From: Alphaproteobacteria bacterium
GTDB lineage: Bacteria; Pseudomonadota; Alphaproteobacteria; MPNO01
Assembly (NCBI GenBank): GCA_964291675.2
Contig: OZ219866.1
Coordinates: 832,001-896,000 of the forward strand
Direction of reading: 5' to 3'
DNA: 64,000 bases
Both the position numbers and the translations under genes were made by a program. Shown here piece after piece: positions 42,321-52,893 of this stretch (position 1 is its first letter; every line of letters starts with the position of its first letter). A model generated the notes under the pieces. It was given only the letters and a program-made list of their open reading frames with translations. It ran no database searches and was not told the DNA's origin.

Positions 42321-42799
42321 GACGCCGAACCCGGCCCGTGGTTGCCGTCCGGTCCGATCCTAGCACGGTGCCTACCGGATGTCGATCGAATTTCCCGGCT
42401 ACCCACAAAATCCTGTAGGCGCGAGGCCAGCGCTTGGAGGTCGGCCGTTTCGCACTGCCAGATCGTAAGCACGCTCCACCCCATCGACTGTAATTGTTCC
42501 AGTTTTGTTCTATCGCGTTCGCGATTTTTGTCAACCTTGGGTTGCCAGTAAGCGAGGCGCGACTTGGGGAGACGCCCCTTGGAGCAGCCATGGCCGTGCC
42601 AGAAGCAGCCGTGCACGAAGATCGCCTTGCGGCGCGAGCCGAAGACGATATCGGGCCTGCCGGGGAGGTCCTTGCGGTGCAGCCGGTAGCGATAGCCCAT
42701 GCCGTGCAGGAGGCGCCGCACGACGAGCTCCGGCCCGGTGTTCTTGCTCTTGACCGACTGCATGATGCGCCGGCGCTGTTCCGGGGTGCGGGTGTCCAT
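42317..42799 (-). CDS. vsr: Very short patch repair endonuclease
   Basis: MDTRTPEQRRRIMQSVKSKNTGPE, LPGRPDIV, FVHGCFWHGH, IWQCE. Confidence 0.95.
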   Translation of the reverse strand: MDTRTPEQRRRIMQSVKSKNTGPELVVRRLLHGMGYRYRLHRKDLPGRPDIVFGSRRKAIFVHGCFWHGHGCSKGRLPKSRLAYWQPKVDKNRERDRTKLEQLQSMGWSVLTIWQCETADLQALASRLQDFVGSREIRSTSGRHRARIGPDGNHGPGSAS

Positions 42800-42879
42800 C
42801 GCGGCAAATATTCCGCTGGGGGATTGGACGTTGAAATGCACGGACATCCGTACAGGATTTCGCGCCGTCCGGCGAGGCC

Positions 42880-42982
42880 CGCCGAGACCGCGCTCCGCCT
42901 CGCGCGCTATTTCGGCACCGATGCCAGGAGCTGGATGAACCTGCAGCAGGGCTGGGCGCTCGAACGCGCGGCGCGGGACGGC
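42880..42982 (+). pseudogene. Remnant of higA 3' half
   Basis: Near-identical to 43483-43584 (AETALRLARYFGTDARSW..LQQ.WALERAARDG). Confidence 0.88.
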
Positions 42983-42998
42983 GGCAGCGATCGATCGC

Positions 42999-43030
42999 TT
43001 GATTTCTGTATATCGAAATGCGATATACGG
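42999..43030 (+). promoter_or_regulatory. higBA promoter/operator
   Basis: TTGATT then CTGTATATCG-aaatg-CGATATACGG inverted repeat. Confidence 0.65.
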
Positions 43031-43036
43031 CGCAAC

Positions 43037-43315
43037 ATGATCCGTAGCTTTCGCTGCAAGGATACCGAGCGGCTCGCGAACGGATACCGGGTGCCGCGCT
43101 TTGTCGACGTCGAGCGGGTGGCGCAGCGCAAGCTCGCCCAGTTGAACGCGGCGGCGACGCTCGACTTTCTGAGGGCGCCGCCCGGCAACCGGCTGGAGGC
43201 CCTGCGCGGAGACCGGGGAGGCTGGTACAGCATCCGGATCAACCTTCGGTGGCGGCTCTGTTTCCGCTTCGAGGATGGAGACGCCTGGGATGTGGAGATC
43301 GTCGACTATCATTGA
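43037..43315 (+). CDS. higB: HigB toxin
   Basis: MIRSF, PPGNRLEALRGDR, YSIRIN, DVEIVDYH. Confidence 0.94.
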   Translation: MIRSFRCKDTERLANGYRVPRFVDVERVAQRKLAQLNAAATLDFLRAPPGNRLEALRGDRGGWYSIRINLRWRLCFRFEDGDAWDVEIVDYH

Positions 43316-43333
43316 GACCGGGGAGCCACCGCC

Positions 43334-43627
43334 ATGACCCGACTTGAGCCGGTCCATCCGGGCGAAATTCTGAAGCACGACTACATGGAACCGCTGGGCC
43401 TGTCGGCCACCGCGCTGGCGGCGGCGATCGGGGTGACGCCGGCGCGCGTCAGCGAGATCGTGCGCGGGCGGCGCGGGATTTCCGCCGAGACCGCGCTCCG
43501 CCTCGCGCGCTATTTCGGCACCGACGCCAGGAGCTGGCTGACCTTGCAGCAGGACTGGGCGCTCGAACGCGCGGCGCGGGACGGGGCGGCCGCCATCGCC
43601 GCCATCCGCCCGCGCGCGGCGGGGTGA
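43334..43627 (+). CDS. higA: HigA antitoxin
   Basis: PVHPGEILK, ISAETALRLARYFGT. Confidence 0.94.
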   Translation: MTRLEPVHPGEILKHDYMEPLGLSATALAAAIGVTPARVSEIVRGRRGISAETALRLARYFGTDARSWLTLQQDWALERAARDGAAAIAAIRPRAAG

Positions 43628-43628
43628 G

Positions 43629-43741
43629 CGTCCTTCGATACCGCGCTCATCGTCACTCCCTCCCCGTCATGCCCGGACCCGTTCCGGGCACAAGGCGGTG
43701 GACCGACCGAGTGGATGGGCGGAACAACTCCGGCCGTGACG
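43629..43741. repeat. Degenerate REP elements of two families
   Basis: cgtccttcgatac at 43629; cgtcatgcccggacccgttccgggca ... ggccgtgacg. Confidence 0.6.
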
Positions 43742-43754
43742 GTGGGCGCCCCCC

Positions 43755-44558
43755 TCAGAACCGGTAGCGGAAGCCGATCTCCAGGAAGTGGACCCGCATG
43801 GCGGTCTCGACGTCGACGGTGCCGAACTCGTTGCTGCCGTCGAAGCCGAGGTCGCTCGCCGCCTGGAAGCGGTAGCCCGCCTGGAGGATCACCCTGTCGT
43901 TGAGCCGGTAGCCCAGCCCGGCGCCGAGATGCCAGGCGAACACGTTGTCGACGGTGGAGATCTCGGGCACGAAGCCGGGCGGGTATTGCGGCCCCTGGCC
44001 CCGGGTCAGCCGGTCGGTAATCTCCTGCACCAGACGGTTCGCGTCGTAGTCGAGCCCGGACTGGTCGATGCGGATGAAGCCGAGCCCGCCGCCCGCGAAG
44101 GGCAGCCAGTCGCCGCCGAAATCGATGTCGTACCACAGATTGGCGAAGCCGCCGAGCTGGTCGGCGGTGCCGTCGATCGGCACGTTCACCCTGCCGCCCA
44201 GGGGCACCCCCCGGGCGTTCACCCCCGCATAGGTCAGCCGCTCGACCTCGGAGCGGGCGAAGAACAGCTCGCCCTCGACCCGCAACCCGCCGCCGAGCTC
44301 CCAGCCGACCACGCCCGCCACCTTGAACCCGGTGCGGTGCTCGGCGGTCGAGCCCGCCCGGTAGGGCGCGCGCATGCCGGGCGCCCGGGGATCGCCGGCC
44401 TGCATGCCCCTGGTGGTCGAGTCCGTGTCGTCGACGAACATCACCGGCGCGTTGAGCCCGGCATACATCCTGCCGTCCGCGGCGCCCGCCCCCGCGGCGG
44501 CGAGCGCCAGCGCGGCCGCGAGTACGCCTGCGCATGCCCGAAGCCCGATCGGTGCCAT
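43755..44558 (-). CDS. Outer membrane beta-barrel protein (opacity/Msp2-like 8-strand family)
   Basis: Signal peptide, GLRVEGEL, ANLWYD, PFAGGGLG, C-terminal GFRYRF. Confidence 0.85.
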   Translation of the reverse strand: MAPIGLRACAGVLAAALALAAAGAGAADGRMYAGLNAPVMFVDDTDSTTRGMQAGDPRAPGMRAPYRAGSTAEHRTGFKVAGVVGWELGGGLRVEGELFFARSEVERLTYAGVNARGVPLGGRVNVPIDGTADQLGGFANLWYDIDFGGDWLPFAGGGLGFIRIDQSGLDYDANRLVQEITDRLTRGQGPQYPPGFVPEISTVDNVFAWHLGAGLGYRLNDRVILQAGYRFQAASDLGFDGSNEFGTVDVETAMRVHFLEIGFRYRF

Positions 44559-44627
44559 CCCGCCCTCCGGCCCTGCCTCGCGAAGCCGTGAGGCTAGCAG
44601 ACGGCCGGAGAATCGGGCAATCGGCGG

Positions 44628-44862
44628 GTCCTTCGATACGCGGCTTCGCCGCTACTCAGGATGAGGGTGGGTGGTGGAACGGCCCCGGAACAGGTCCCCG
44701 GGCGTTCCGGGCACCCGCGGACGCCTCTCCCGACCTGCCGCCTCGCTGACGGAGAGCCCGCATGGGTGGCCGGAACAAGTCCGGCCATGACGGGAAGGGG
44801 GCAGCGGCCCGTCCACCACCCACCCTCATCCTGAGTAGGCCCGAAGGGCCGTATCGAAGGAC
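44628..44862. repeat. Composite inverted-repeat element (REPIN/MITE-like)
   Basis: About 50-bp arms 44628-44678 and 44812-44862 enclosing family-1 REP hairpins. Confidence 0.8.
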
Positions 44863-44865
44863 GCC

Positions 44866-46920
44866 CTACCCCCCGCCCGGCTTCGGGATGCGGGCATCGA
44901 GGCGGCGCAGCAGCGCCTCCGCCTCGGCCATCTCGGGCCCGGCGAGCGGCTTGCCGGTGCAGGACCGCGCCGCCTCGGCGCCGGCGAAGCCGCGCGCCGC
45001 GGCGAGGCCGAGCCAGGCCCAGGCGCGCACGTCGTCGCGCGCCACCCCGCCGCCCCGGCAATAGGCCGCGCCGAGGTTGAACTGCGCCGCCGCGTCGCCC
45101 CGCTCGGCCGCCGCGCGGTAGAGCGCCGCCGCGCGCGCCGGGTCCCGCGCCACCCCCGCGCCGGTCTCGTAGAGCACGCCGAGCGCGTTGCTCGCCGCGG
45201 CGAAGCCCTGCGCGGCGGCGCGGCGGAACAGAGCCGCGGCTCGCTTGCCGTCGCGCGCCACGCCCTTGCCGTCGCGGTACAGCACGCCGAGATTGTACTC
45301 TGCCGCCGCCAGCCCCTGCGCCGCCGCCTTGCCGTACCAGCCGGCCGCCGCCGCCGCGTCCCCGGCGCCACCGAGCCCCTTGTCTGCGAGCGCGCCGAGA
45401 TTGTTCTGCGCCAGCGCCTCGCCCTGCTCGGCCGCCCGGCGGTACCAGCGCGCCGCCGCCGCGTAGTCGCGCCCCTGCTCGTACAGCACGCCGAGATTGA
45501 CCGCCGCCCGGGCATTGCCCTGCCCGGCCGCGGCGCGGTACCAGCGCGCGGCGGCCGCCGCGTCGCGCGCGACGCCGCGCCCGGCGGCATGCGCCGCGGC
45601 GAGGTTCGCCTGCGCCGCCGCCAGCCCCTGCGCCGCCGCCCGGCGGTACCAGCGCGCCGCCGCTTCCTCGTGTTGCGCAACCCCGCGGCCGGCGGCGAGC
45701 ATCGTCCCGAGCGCGTTCTGCGCCCGCGCATCGCCGCTGGCCGCCGCGCTGCGGTACCAGCGCACCGCCGCCGCGTCGTCCTGCGCAACCCCGCGACCGG
45801 CGGCATGGAGCGCGGCGAGCTCGCGCTGCGCCCGGGCGATGCCCTGCTCGGCCGCCGCGCGGAGCCAGCGCGCCGCCTGGCGGGGATCGGGCGCCACCCC
45901 GCGCCCGGCGGCATAGAGCGCCGCCAGCTCGTGCTGCGCCCGGGCGAGACCCTGCCCGGCGGCCGCGCGGAGCCAGCGCGCGGCCTGCCCGGGGTCGCGC
46001 GCCACGCCCCGCCCGGAGAGGTAGAGCGCGGCCAGGTCGAGCTGCGCCCGGGCGAGGCCCTGCCGGGCGGCGCGGGCGAACCACTCGGCCGCCTTCGCAT
46101 CGTCCTGCGCGACCCCGCGGCCGGCGGCGTACATGGTGCCGAGATTGTGGCGGGCGAGCGCGCTTCCCTGCCCGGCCGCGCGGCGGTACCAGGCGACGGC
46201 CTCTTCGTCGTCGCGCGCCACCCCGCGACCGGCGGCGTACATCACGCCGAGCGCGTTCTGGCCCCGCGCATGGCCCTGCCCGGCCGCCTCGCGGTACCGG
46301 CGAACGGCCTGCCGGTCGTCGCGCGCGACGCCGCTGCCGGTCGCGTGCATCAAGCCGAGGTTGAACTGCGCCGCCGCGTTGCCGCGCGCCGCCGCGCGGC
46401 GGAACCAGCGCGCCGCCTCGGCGTCGTCGCGCGCCACGCCCCGCCCGGTGCGGTACATGTAGCCGAGATTGGCCGCGCCGCGCGGATCGCCCTGGCCGGC
46501 CGCCTTCTGGAACCAGGCGGCGGCGGCGGCATCGTCGCGCGCCACGCCCAGCCCCTCGCGATACGCCACGCCGAGATAGTTCTGGGCCGCGGCGTCGCCC
46601 TGCCCGGCCGCCTTCTGGAACCAGGCGGCGGCGGCCGCATCGTCGCGCGCCACGCCCGTCCCCGCGCGCAAAAGCACGCCGAGATTAGTCTGCGCGACCG
46701 CGACCCCCTGCGCCGCCGCCTTGCGGTACCAGAAGGCGGCGCGCGCGGCGTCCGCCTCCGCCCCCCGGCCGAGATGGTAGACCTGGCCGAGCAGGGCCTG
46801 GGCCCTGGCATCGCCCCGCTCGGCGGCGCGGGTGAGCGCGGCGAGATCCGCGCCCGCCGCCGGCGCTGCCAGCGCCGCGGCGGCGAGCGCCGCGGCGAGA
46901 ACCGCCCTTATCCTGCGCAT
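44866..46920 (-). CDS. Secreted Sel1-repeat protein (17 repeats)
   Basis: Signal peptide, then 17 counted ~36-aa A(Q)xNLG..Y..G.GVARD...A..W...AA.QG units. Confidence 0.95.
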   Translation of the reverse strand: MRRIRAVLAAALAAAALAAPAAGADLAALTRAAERGDARAQALLGQVYHLGRGAEADAARAAFWYRKAAAQGVAVAQTNLGVLLRAGTGVARDDAAAAAWFQKAAGQGDAAAQNYLGVAYREGLGVARDDAAAAAWFQKAAGQGDPRGAANLGYMYRTGRGVARDDAEAARWFRRAAARGNAAAQFNLGLMHATGSGVARDDRQAVRRYREAAGQGHARGQNALGVMYAAGRGVARDDEEAVAWYRRAAGQGSALARHNLGTMYAAGRGVAQDDAKAAEWFARAARQGLARAQLDLAALYLSGRGVARDPGQAARWLRAAAGQGLARAQHELAALYAAGRGVAPDPRQAARWLRAAAEQGIARAQRELAALHAAGRGVAQDDAAAVRWYRSAAASGDARAQNALGTMLAAGRGVAQHEEAAARWYRRAAAQGLAAAQANLAAAHAAGRGVARDAAAAARWYRAAAGQGNARAAVNLGVLYEQGRDYAAAARWYRRAAEQGEALAQNNLGALADKGLGGAGDAAAAAGWYGKAAAQGLAAAEYNLGVLYRDGKGVARDGKRAAALFRRAAAQGFAAASNALGVLYETGAGVARDPARAAALYRAAAERGDAAAQFNLGAAYCRGGGVARDDVRAWAWLGLAAARGFAGAEAARSCTGKPLAGPEMAEAEALLRRLDARIPKPGGG

Positions 46921-47026
46921 GGCACCGGCAACCCGAACCGCACGATCGACCCGCCAAGGATAGCCCGGATCGCCCGCGCCGGGCCATTTTTCCGCCGCCG
47001 TCCCGCTGCCGGCCGCATCCCACCCC

Positions 47027-47731
47027 TCATCCCCGGCGCGGGCCGAACACGGCGGTGCCGAGGCGGATATGGGTGGCGCCGAGCTGGATCGCGGTCTCGA
47101 AGTCGGCGGTCATCCCCATGCTGAGCCGCGCGAGCCCGTTGCGCCGCGCGATCTCGGCCAGCAGCGCGAAGTGGAGCGCCGGCTCCTCGCCCGCCGGGGG
47201 GATGCACATCAGCCCTTCCACCGGCAGGCCGTAGGTCGCGCGGCAGGCGGCGATGAAATCGTCCGCCTCCGCCGGGTGGACCCCCGCCTTCTGCGCCTCG
47301 ACCCCGGTATTGACCTCGACCAGGCAGGCGGGGCGGCGTCCGCTGCGGTCCATCTCGCGGGCGAGCGCGGCGGCGAGCTTCGGCCGGTCGAGGGTCTCGA
47401 TCGCGTCGAACAGCGCCACCGCGTCGCGCGCCTTGTTGGTCTGCAGCGGGCCGATCAGATGGAGCGCGAGACCGGGCGCCGCCACGCGCAGCGCCGGCCA
47501 CTTGGCCTTCGCCTCCTGCACCCGGTTCTCGGCGAAGACGCGCTGGCCGGCATCGATGGCCGCTTGCGCGAGCTCGGCCGGGTGGGTCTTGGCGACCGCG
47601 ACCAGCTCGACCGAGCCCGGCGGCCTGGCCGCCTCGGCCTCGGCGGCGGCGATGCGCGCGCGCAGCGCAGCGAGCCTCGCCGCCACGTCGACGATGTCGC
47701 CGGCAAGGGGTTGCGATGTCTCGACGGTCAC
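47027..47731 (-). CDS. yggS: PLP homeostasis protein
   Basis: LVAVAKTH, FAENRVQEA, LHLIGPLQTNK, LSMGMTADF; GTG start after GGGGAG. Confidence 0.95.
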   Translation of the reverse strand: MTVETSQPLAGDIVDVAARLAALRARIAAAEAEAARPPGSVELVAVAKTHPAELAQAAIDAGQRVFAENRVQEAKAKWPALRVAAPGLALHLIGPLQTNKARDAVALFDAIETLDRPKLAAALAREMDRSGRRPACLVEVNTGVEAQKAGVHPAEADDFIAACRATYGLPVEGLMCIPPAGEEPALHFALLAEIARRNGLARLSMGMTADFETAIQLGATHIRLGTAVFGPRRG

Positions 47732-47829
47732 GGCGGCGCTCCCCGGATCGGCCCGCACCATATCAGCGCCGGCGCGCGCGGCAAGCGGCCGCTTGACGGG
47801 TCCCGAGCCGGTATGGTTGTAGAGCCGCC

Positions 47830-48783
47830 ATGACCGCATCCCCGAGCGCGACGGCGCCCCGCGCCGACCGGCGGGTCTGGACGCTCACCACCGGCCAGGC
47901 CGGCACCGCCGCCCAGGCGGTCGGGCTTGCCGAGGCGCTCGGCTGGCCCTTCGAGACCGTCGTCGTCCGGCCCCGCCCGCCCTGGTCGTGGCTGCCCGCG
48001 CATTGCCAGCCGCCCGGGCTGCTGCGGGGTGGGCTGGAGCGACCGCTCGGCCCGCCCTGGCCCGATTTGCTGATCGCCTGCGGGCGGCGCAGCGCCGCGG
48101 TCGCGCTCGCCATCCGCCGCGCATCCGCCGGCGCGGTCTTCACCGTCTTCGTCCAGCACCCGCGCGCGCCCGCGCGTCACTTCGACCTGGTGGTCGCGCC
48201 GCGCCATGACGGGCTCGCCGGGCCCAACGTGGTGGCGACGCGGGCGGCGCTGCACCGGGTGACGCCGCAAAAGCTCGCCGCCGCCGCGACGGCGTGGCGC
48301 GGCCGGCTGGGCGGGCTCCGGGTCGCCGTGCTGCTCGGCGGGCGGACGCGCTCGCACCGCTTCTCGCGCGCCAGCATCGCGTCCCTGGCGGCCGGCCTCG
48401 CCGGGCTCGCCGGACCCGTCGCCGTCACCCCGTCGCGGCGCACCGATGCCGGCGCCGTCGCCGAGCTCAGGGCGCGTCTCCCCGGGGCGTGGTTCTGGGA
48501 CGGCGCGGGCGAGAACCCCTATCTCGGCATGCTCGCGCTCGCCCGGCACATCGTCGTCACCGAGGACTCGGTGTCGATGACCAGCGAGGCGATCGCCACC
48601 GGCAAGCCGGTCTACGCCGCGCGCATGGCCGGCGGCAACCGCCGCCTCGCCCGCTTCCAGGCGGCGCTGATCGCCGACGGCATTGTGCGCCCCTTCGACG
48701 GCGGCCTCGCCGAGTGGCGCTACGAGCCGGTCAACGAGACGCCGCGCATCGCCGAGGAGATCCGGCGGCGGATGGCGGGGTAG
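47830..48783 (+). CDS. ELM1/DUF1022 family protein
   Basis: WPDLLIACGRR, FDLVVAPRHD, TPSRRT, ENPYLGML, VTEDSVSMTSEA. Confidence 0.9.
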   Translation: MTASPSATAPRADRRVWTLTTGQAGTAAQAVGLAEALGWPFETVVVRPRPPWSWLPAHCQPPGLLRGGLERPLGPPWPDLLIACGRRSAAVALAIRRASAGAVFTVFVQHPRAPARHFDLVVAPRHDGLAGPNVVATRAALHRVTPQKLAAAATAWRGRLGGLRVAVLLGGRTRSHRFSRASIASLAAGLAGLAGPVAVTPSRRTDAGAVAELRARLPGAWFWDGAGENPYLGMLALARHIVVTEDSVSMTSEAIATGKPVYAARMAGGNRRLARFQAALIADGIVRPFDGGLAEWRYEPVNETPRIAEEIRRRMAG

Positions 48784-48910
48784 GCGGGCGGCGCGGACCG
48801 GACACGCCTCGTCATGGCCGGTCCCACCGTGGGCGGCGTCGCAGTCGCGTTCCGGAGACAGTCTACCACTTGTGCTAGAAATACCCTGAAACCTCCGCTA
48901 GGATCGCTGC

Positions 48911-49102
48911 ATGAACGAGGCCCTCGACTATGCGACCCTCGGTGTCGGGATCGCGATCCTCGCGTTTCTCTGGAACCTGCACAGGGACGTGGCCAACCTG
49001 CGTGAGCGCATGGCGAGGCTGGAAGGCGCGGTCGATCTGCTGACCAAGTTCTTGATCGACCGCGAGGCGGGCCGCGCCGGCGGCGGGACGGCCGGCGAAT
49101 AG
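48911..49102 (+). CDS. Small membrane-anchored coiled-coil protein
   Basis: Hydrophobic N-terminus then DVANLRERMARLEGAVDLL. Confidence 0.65.
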   Translation: MNEALDYATLGVGIAILAFLWNLHRDVANLRERMARLEGAVDLLTKFLIDREAGRAGGGTAGE

Positions 49103-49223
49103 CGCTCCCGCCCGCCATCCGAAGTTGCCCCGGAACAACGGCTTATCTATAGTGCGCCGTCTTGCGGCGCGGCGTTGCGGGGCGGGCGTTCCGTCCCGGG
49201 CCGGGCGCCGGCGGGGGTGGATC

Positions 49224-49787
49224 ATGGTAGCGTTCGGGTCGAGACGATACGTGGCGATGGCGGTTGCCGGCGCGGCGGCTCTGGTGCTGGCCGCGTGCGG
49301 CGGGCGCGGCTTCGAGCAGGACTATCCCGAGCGCCAGGCCGACCCCAACGAGCCCTACCGCTACACCAGCGAGGGGCCGGCGCCGACGATCTTCGGCGAG
49401 GGCGGGTTCAACGTGCTCGACATATTCGGCGGCGACGACGAGGGCGGCGGCGCCGCCGGGATCGGCGTCAACGGGTTCCTGTGGCGCGCCGCGCTCGATA
49501 CCGTCTCGTTCATGCCGCTCGCCTCCGCCGATCCGTTCGGCGGGGTGATCATCACCGACTGGTACGCGCCGCCCGAGACGCCGCGCGACCGCTTCAAGAT
49601 GACCGTCTACATCCTCAGCCGCCAGCTCCGCGCCGACGGCATCCGCGTCTCGCTGTTCCGCCAGACCGGCGACGCGGCCGGCGGCTGGACCGATGCCAGC
49701 GTGCAGCCCAAGACCGCGACCGATCTGGAGAACCAGATCCTCGCCCGCGCGCGCCAGCTCCGCATCGCCCGGGCGTCGTCCGGCTAG
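49224..49787 (+). CDS. DUF3576 lipoprotein
   Basis: LAACGG lipobox, [33 protein letters not shown]. Confidence 0.92.
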   Translation: MVAFGSRRYVAMAVAGAAALVLAACGGRGFEQDYPERQADPNEPYRYTSEGPAPTIFGEGGFNVLDIFGGDDEGGGAAGIGVNGFLWRAALDTVSFMPLASADPFGGVIITDWYAPPETPRDRFKMTVYILSRQLRADGIRVSLFRQTGDAAGGWTDASVQPKTATDLENQILARARQLRIARASSG

Positions 49788-49827
49788 GCGCCCCGCGCGG
49801 CCCGGCGCGGCCGCCCTCCGGCAAGCC

Positions 49828-52409
49828 ATGACCGCCATGACCGAACGCTACAACGTCAAACAGAGCGAGGCCCGCTGGCAGGCGGTGTGGGACGAGCGCG
49901 GCACCTTCGTCGTCGCGCCGGATCCGGAGCGCCCGAAATACTATGTGCTCGAAATGTTCCCCTACCCCTCGGGGCGCATCCATATGGGGCATGTGCGCAA
50001 CTACACCATGGGCGACGTGGTGGCGCGCTACAAGCGGGCGCGCGGCTTCAACGTGCTGCACCCGATGGGCTGGGACGCGTTCGGCATGCCGGCCGAGAAC
50101 GCGGCCATGGAGCAGGGCGTCCACCCGGGCTCGTGGACCTACGAGAACATCGCCGCGATGCGCGCCCAGCTGCGCTCGATGGGGCTGTCGATCGACTGGA
50201 GCCGCGAGATCGCCACCTGCCATCCGGGCTATTACCGCCACCAGCAGGCGATGTTCCTCGACTTCCTCGAATCCGGGCTCTTGTACCGCGCCAGCGGCTG
50301 GGTCAACTGGGACCCGGTCGACCGCACGGTGCTGGCCAACGAGCAGGTGATCGACGGGCGCGGCTGGCGCTCCGGCGCCGAGGTCGAGAAGCGCGAGATG
50401 CCGCAATGGTTCCTGCGCATCACCGACTACGCCGAGGAGCTGCGCACCGCGCTCGCCGAGCTGGAGCGCTGGCCCGACAAGGTGCGGACGATGCAGGAGA
50501 ACTGGATCGGCCGCTCCGAGGGGCTGCGCGTCACCTTCCCCATCGCCGGGCGCGAGGGCGGGCTCGACATCTACACCACGCGGCACGACACGCTGTTCGG
50601 GGCGAGCTTCTGCGCGGTCTCGCCGGAACATCCGCTGGCCGCCGAGATCGCCCGCGAGGACAAGGCGGTCGCCGGCTTCATAGAGGATTGCCGCCGGACC
50701 GGGACCAGCGAGGCGGCGATCGAGCGGGCCGAGAAGCTGGGCGTCGATACCGGGCTGCGCGTGCGCCACCCGTTCCGCCAAGGGGTCGAGCTGCCGGTCT
50801 ATGTCGCCAACTTCATCCTGATGGAGTACGGCACCGGCGCCATCTTCGGCTGCCCGGCGCACGACCAGCGCGACCTCGAATTCGCCCGCAAATACGGCCT
50901 CCCGGTGCCCCCCGTGGTGGTGCCGCGGGATGCCGACCCGGCGAGCTTCCGGATCGCCGACGAGGCCTGGCTCGGCGACGGCATCCTCGCCAACTCCGAC
51001 TTCCTCGACGGGCTCACGGTGGAAGACGCCAAGCAGGCGATGGCCAGCCGCGCCGAGGCGGAGGGCAAGGGAAGGCGCGAGGTCAACTACCGGCTGCGCG
51101 ACTGGGGGGTGTCGCGCCAGCGCTACTGGGGCTGCCCGATCCCGGTGGTGCATTGCGCGGCGTGCGGCATCGTCCCGGTGCCGCGCGCGGACTTGCCGGT
51201 CGTGCTGCCGGACGACATCGACTTCGAGACGCCGGGCAACCCGCTCGACCGCCACCCGACATGGAAGCGCGCCGCCTGCCCGGAATGCGGCGGCCGGCGG
51301 AGCGCGAGACCTCGACGCTCGATACCTTCGTCGATTCGTCGTGGTATTTCGCGCGCTTCTGCTCGCCGCGCGCCGATGCGCCGGTGGATGAGGCCGACGG
51401 CGCCTACTGGCTGCCGGTCGACCAGTATATCGGCGGCGTCGAGCACGCGATCCTGCATCTGCTCTATGCCCGCTTCTTCACCCGGGCGATGACCGACCAC
51501 GGCGAGCTCGACCTCGCCGAGCCCTTCGCCGGGCTGTTCACCCAGGGCATGGTGTGCCACGAGACCTACCGCACCCGGGACGGCGAATGGGTGCCGCCGG
51601 TCGAGGTGACGGACGGGCCGGACAGGAAGCCGGTGCGCGCCGCCACCGGCGAGGCGCTGACCGTCGGCCGGTCGGAGAAGATGAGCAAGTCCCGGCGCAA
51701 CGTGGTCGACCCCGAGGACATCATGGAGACCTACGGCGCCGACACCGCGCGCTGGTTCATGCTGTCGGACTCCCCGCCCGACCGCGACCTCGAATGGACC
51801 GAGGCCGGGGTCGCCGGCGCCTGGCGCTTCGTCAACCGGATGTGGCGGCTGGTCGCCGATCCGGGCCGCGCCATCGCCCCGCCGGGGGGTGCGATGCCGG
51901 CGGGCGTGGCGGGCGATCCGGCGCTGGTCGCCATCCGCCGCGCCGTGCACAAGGCGGTCGACGGGGTGACCGGCGACCTCGAAGGGTTCCGCTTCAACCG
52001 CGCGGTGGCGCGCATCCACGAGCTGGTCAACCTGCTCGCCGATTTCGACGCCGCGGGCGAGGCCGCCGCCTGGGTCCGGCGCGAGGCCTATGAGACGATG
52101 ACGCTGCTGGCCGGTCCGATGGTGCCGCATCTCGGCGAGAGCCTGTGGGCGTTCCTCGGCCACGACGCCCTGCTCGCCGACGCGCCCTGGCCGGAGGCCG
52201 ACCCGGCGCTCACGCGCGACGAGATCGTCACCGTCGCGGTCCAGGTGATGGGCAAGACGCGCGGCACCATCGACATCGAGCGCGACGCCGGCCAGGAGCA
52301 TGCCGAGGCGGCGGCGCTGGCGCTGCCGACGGTGACGGCGGCGCTCGCCGGACGGCCGATCCGGCGCATCGTCTTCGTCCCCAACCGCATCCTCAATGTG
52401 GTGGCGTAG
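49828..52409 (+). CDS. leuS: Leucyl-tRNA synthetase (1-nt frameshift near 51295, probably sequencing error)
   Basis: [13 protein letters not shown] in the first frame, KMSKS in the second; one added C restores CPECGGPAERET. Confidence 0.97.
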
Positions 52410-52893
52410 CCTCGCCGCCATCGCCGCCATCGCGACGGCGGCGGCGCTTGCCGGCTGCGGCTTCGCGCCGCTCTACGGCGAGCGCGAGGGGGTGCGCGGC
52501 ATGCTGGCGCGGGTCGAGGTCGCGCCGATCGCCGACCGCACCGGCCAGATGCTGCGCAACGCGCTGCTGCTCGCCTTGCCGCCGCGCCGGGCCGGCGAGG
52601 CGCCGTCCTGGCGCCTCGTCCTGACGCTGGACGAGACCCGCCAGCGGGTCGGCGTCGAGGAGCATGCCGTGGCCACCCGGGCCAACCTGACGCTCGCCGC
52701 GCGCTTCGTGCTGGAGGACGCGGCGGGCGCCGCCGGGCTGTCCGGCCGGCTCGAATCGATCGCCAGCTACAACATCCTCGCCTCGCCCTACGCCACCCTG
52801 GCGGCGGAGCGCAACGCGCGCGCCCGCGCCACCTCCCGGCTCGCCGACGCGGTGGTGGCGCGCCTCGCGGCCTGGCTCGGCGGGCGCGGATGA
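52396..52893 (+). CDS. lptE: LPS assembly lipoprotein
   Basis: [11 protein letters not shown] lipobox; between leuS and holA. Confidence 0.9.
   Translation: MWWRSLAAIAAIATAAALAGCGFAPLYGEREGVRGMLARVEVAPIADRTGQMLRNALLLALPPRRAGEAPSWRLVLTLDETRQRVGVEEHAVATRANLTLAARFVLEDAAGAAGLSGRLESIASYNILASPYATLAAERNARARATSRLADAVVARLAAWLGGRG

Noticed and set aside
51285-51305. Programmed frameshift or split LeuS
   Set aside because: No slippery heptamer or internal RBS/start; a single added base restores a normal sequence.
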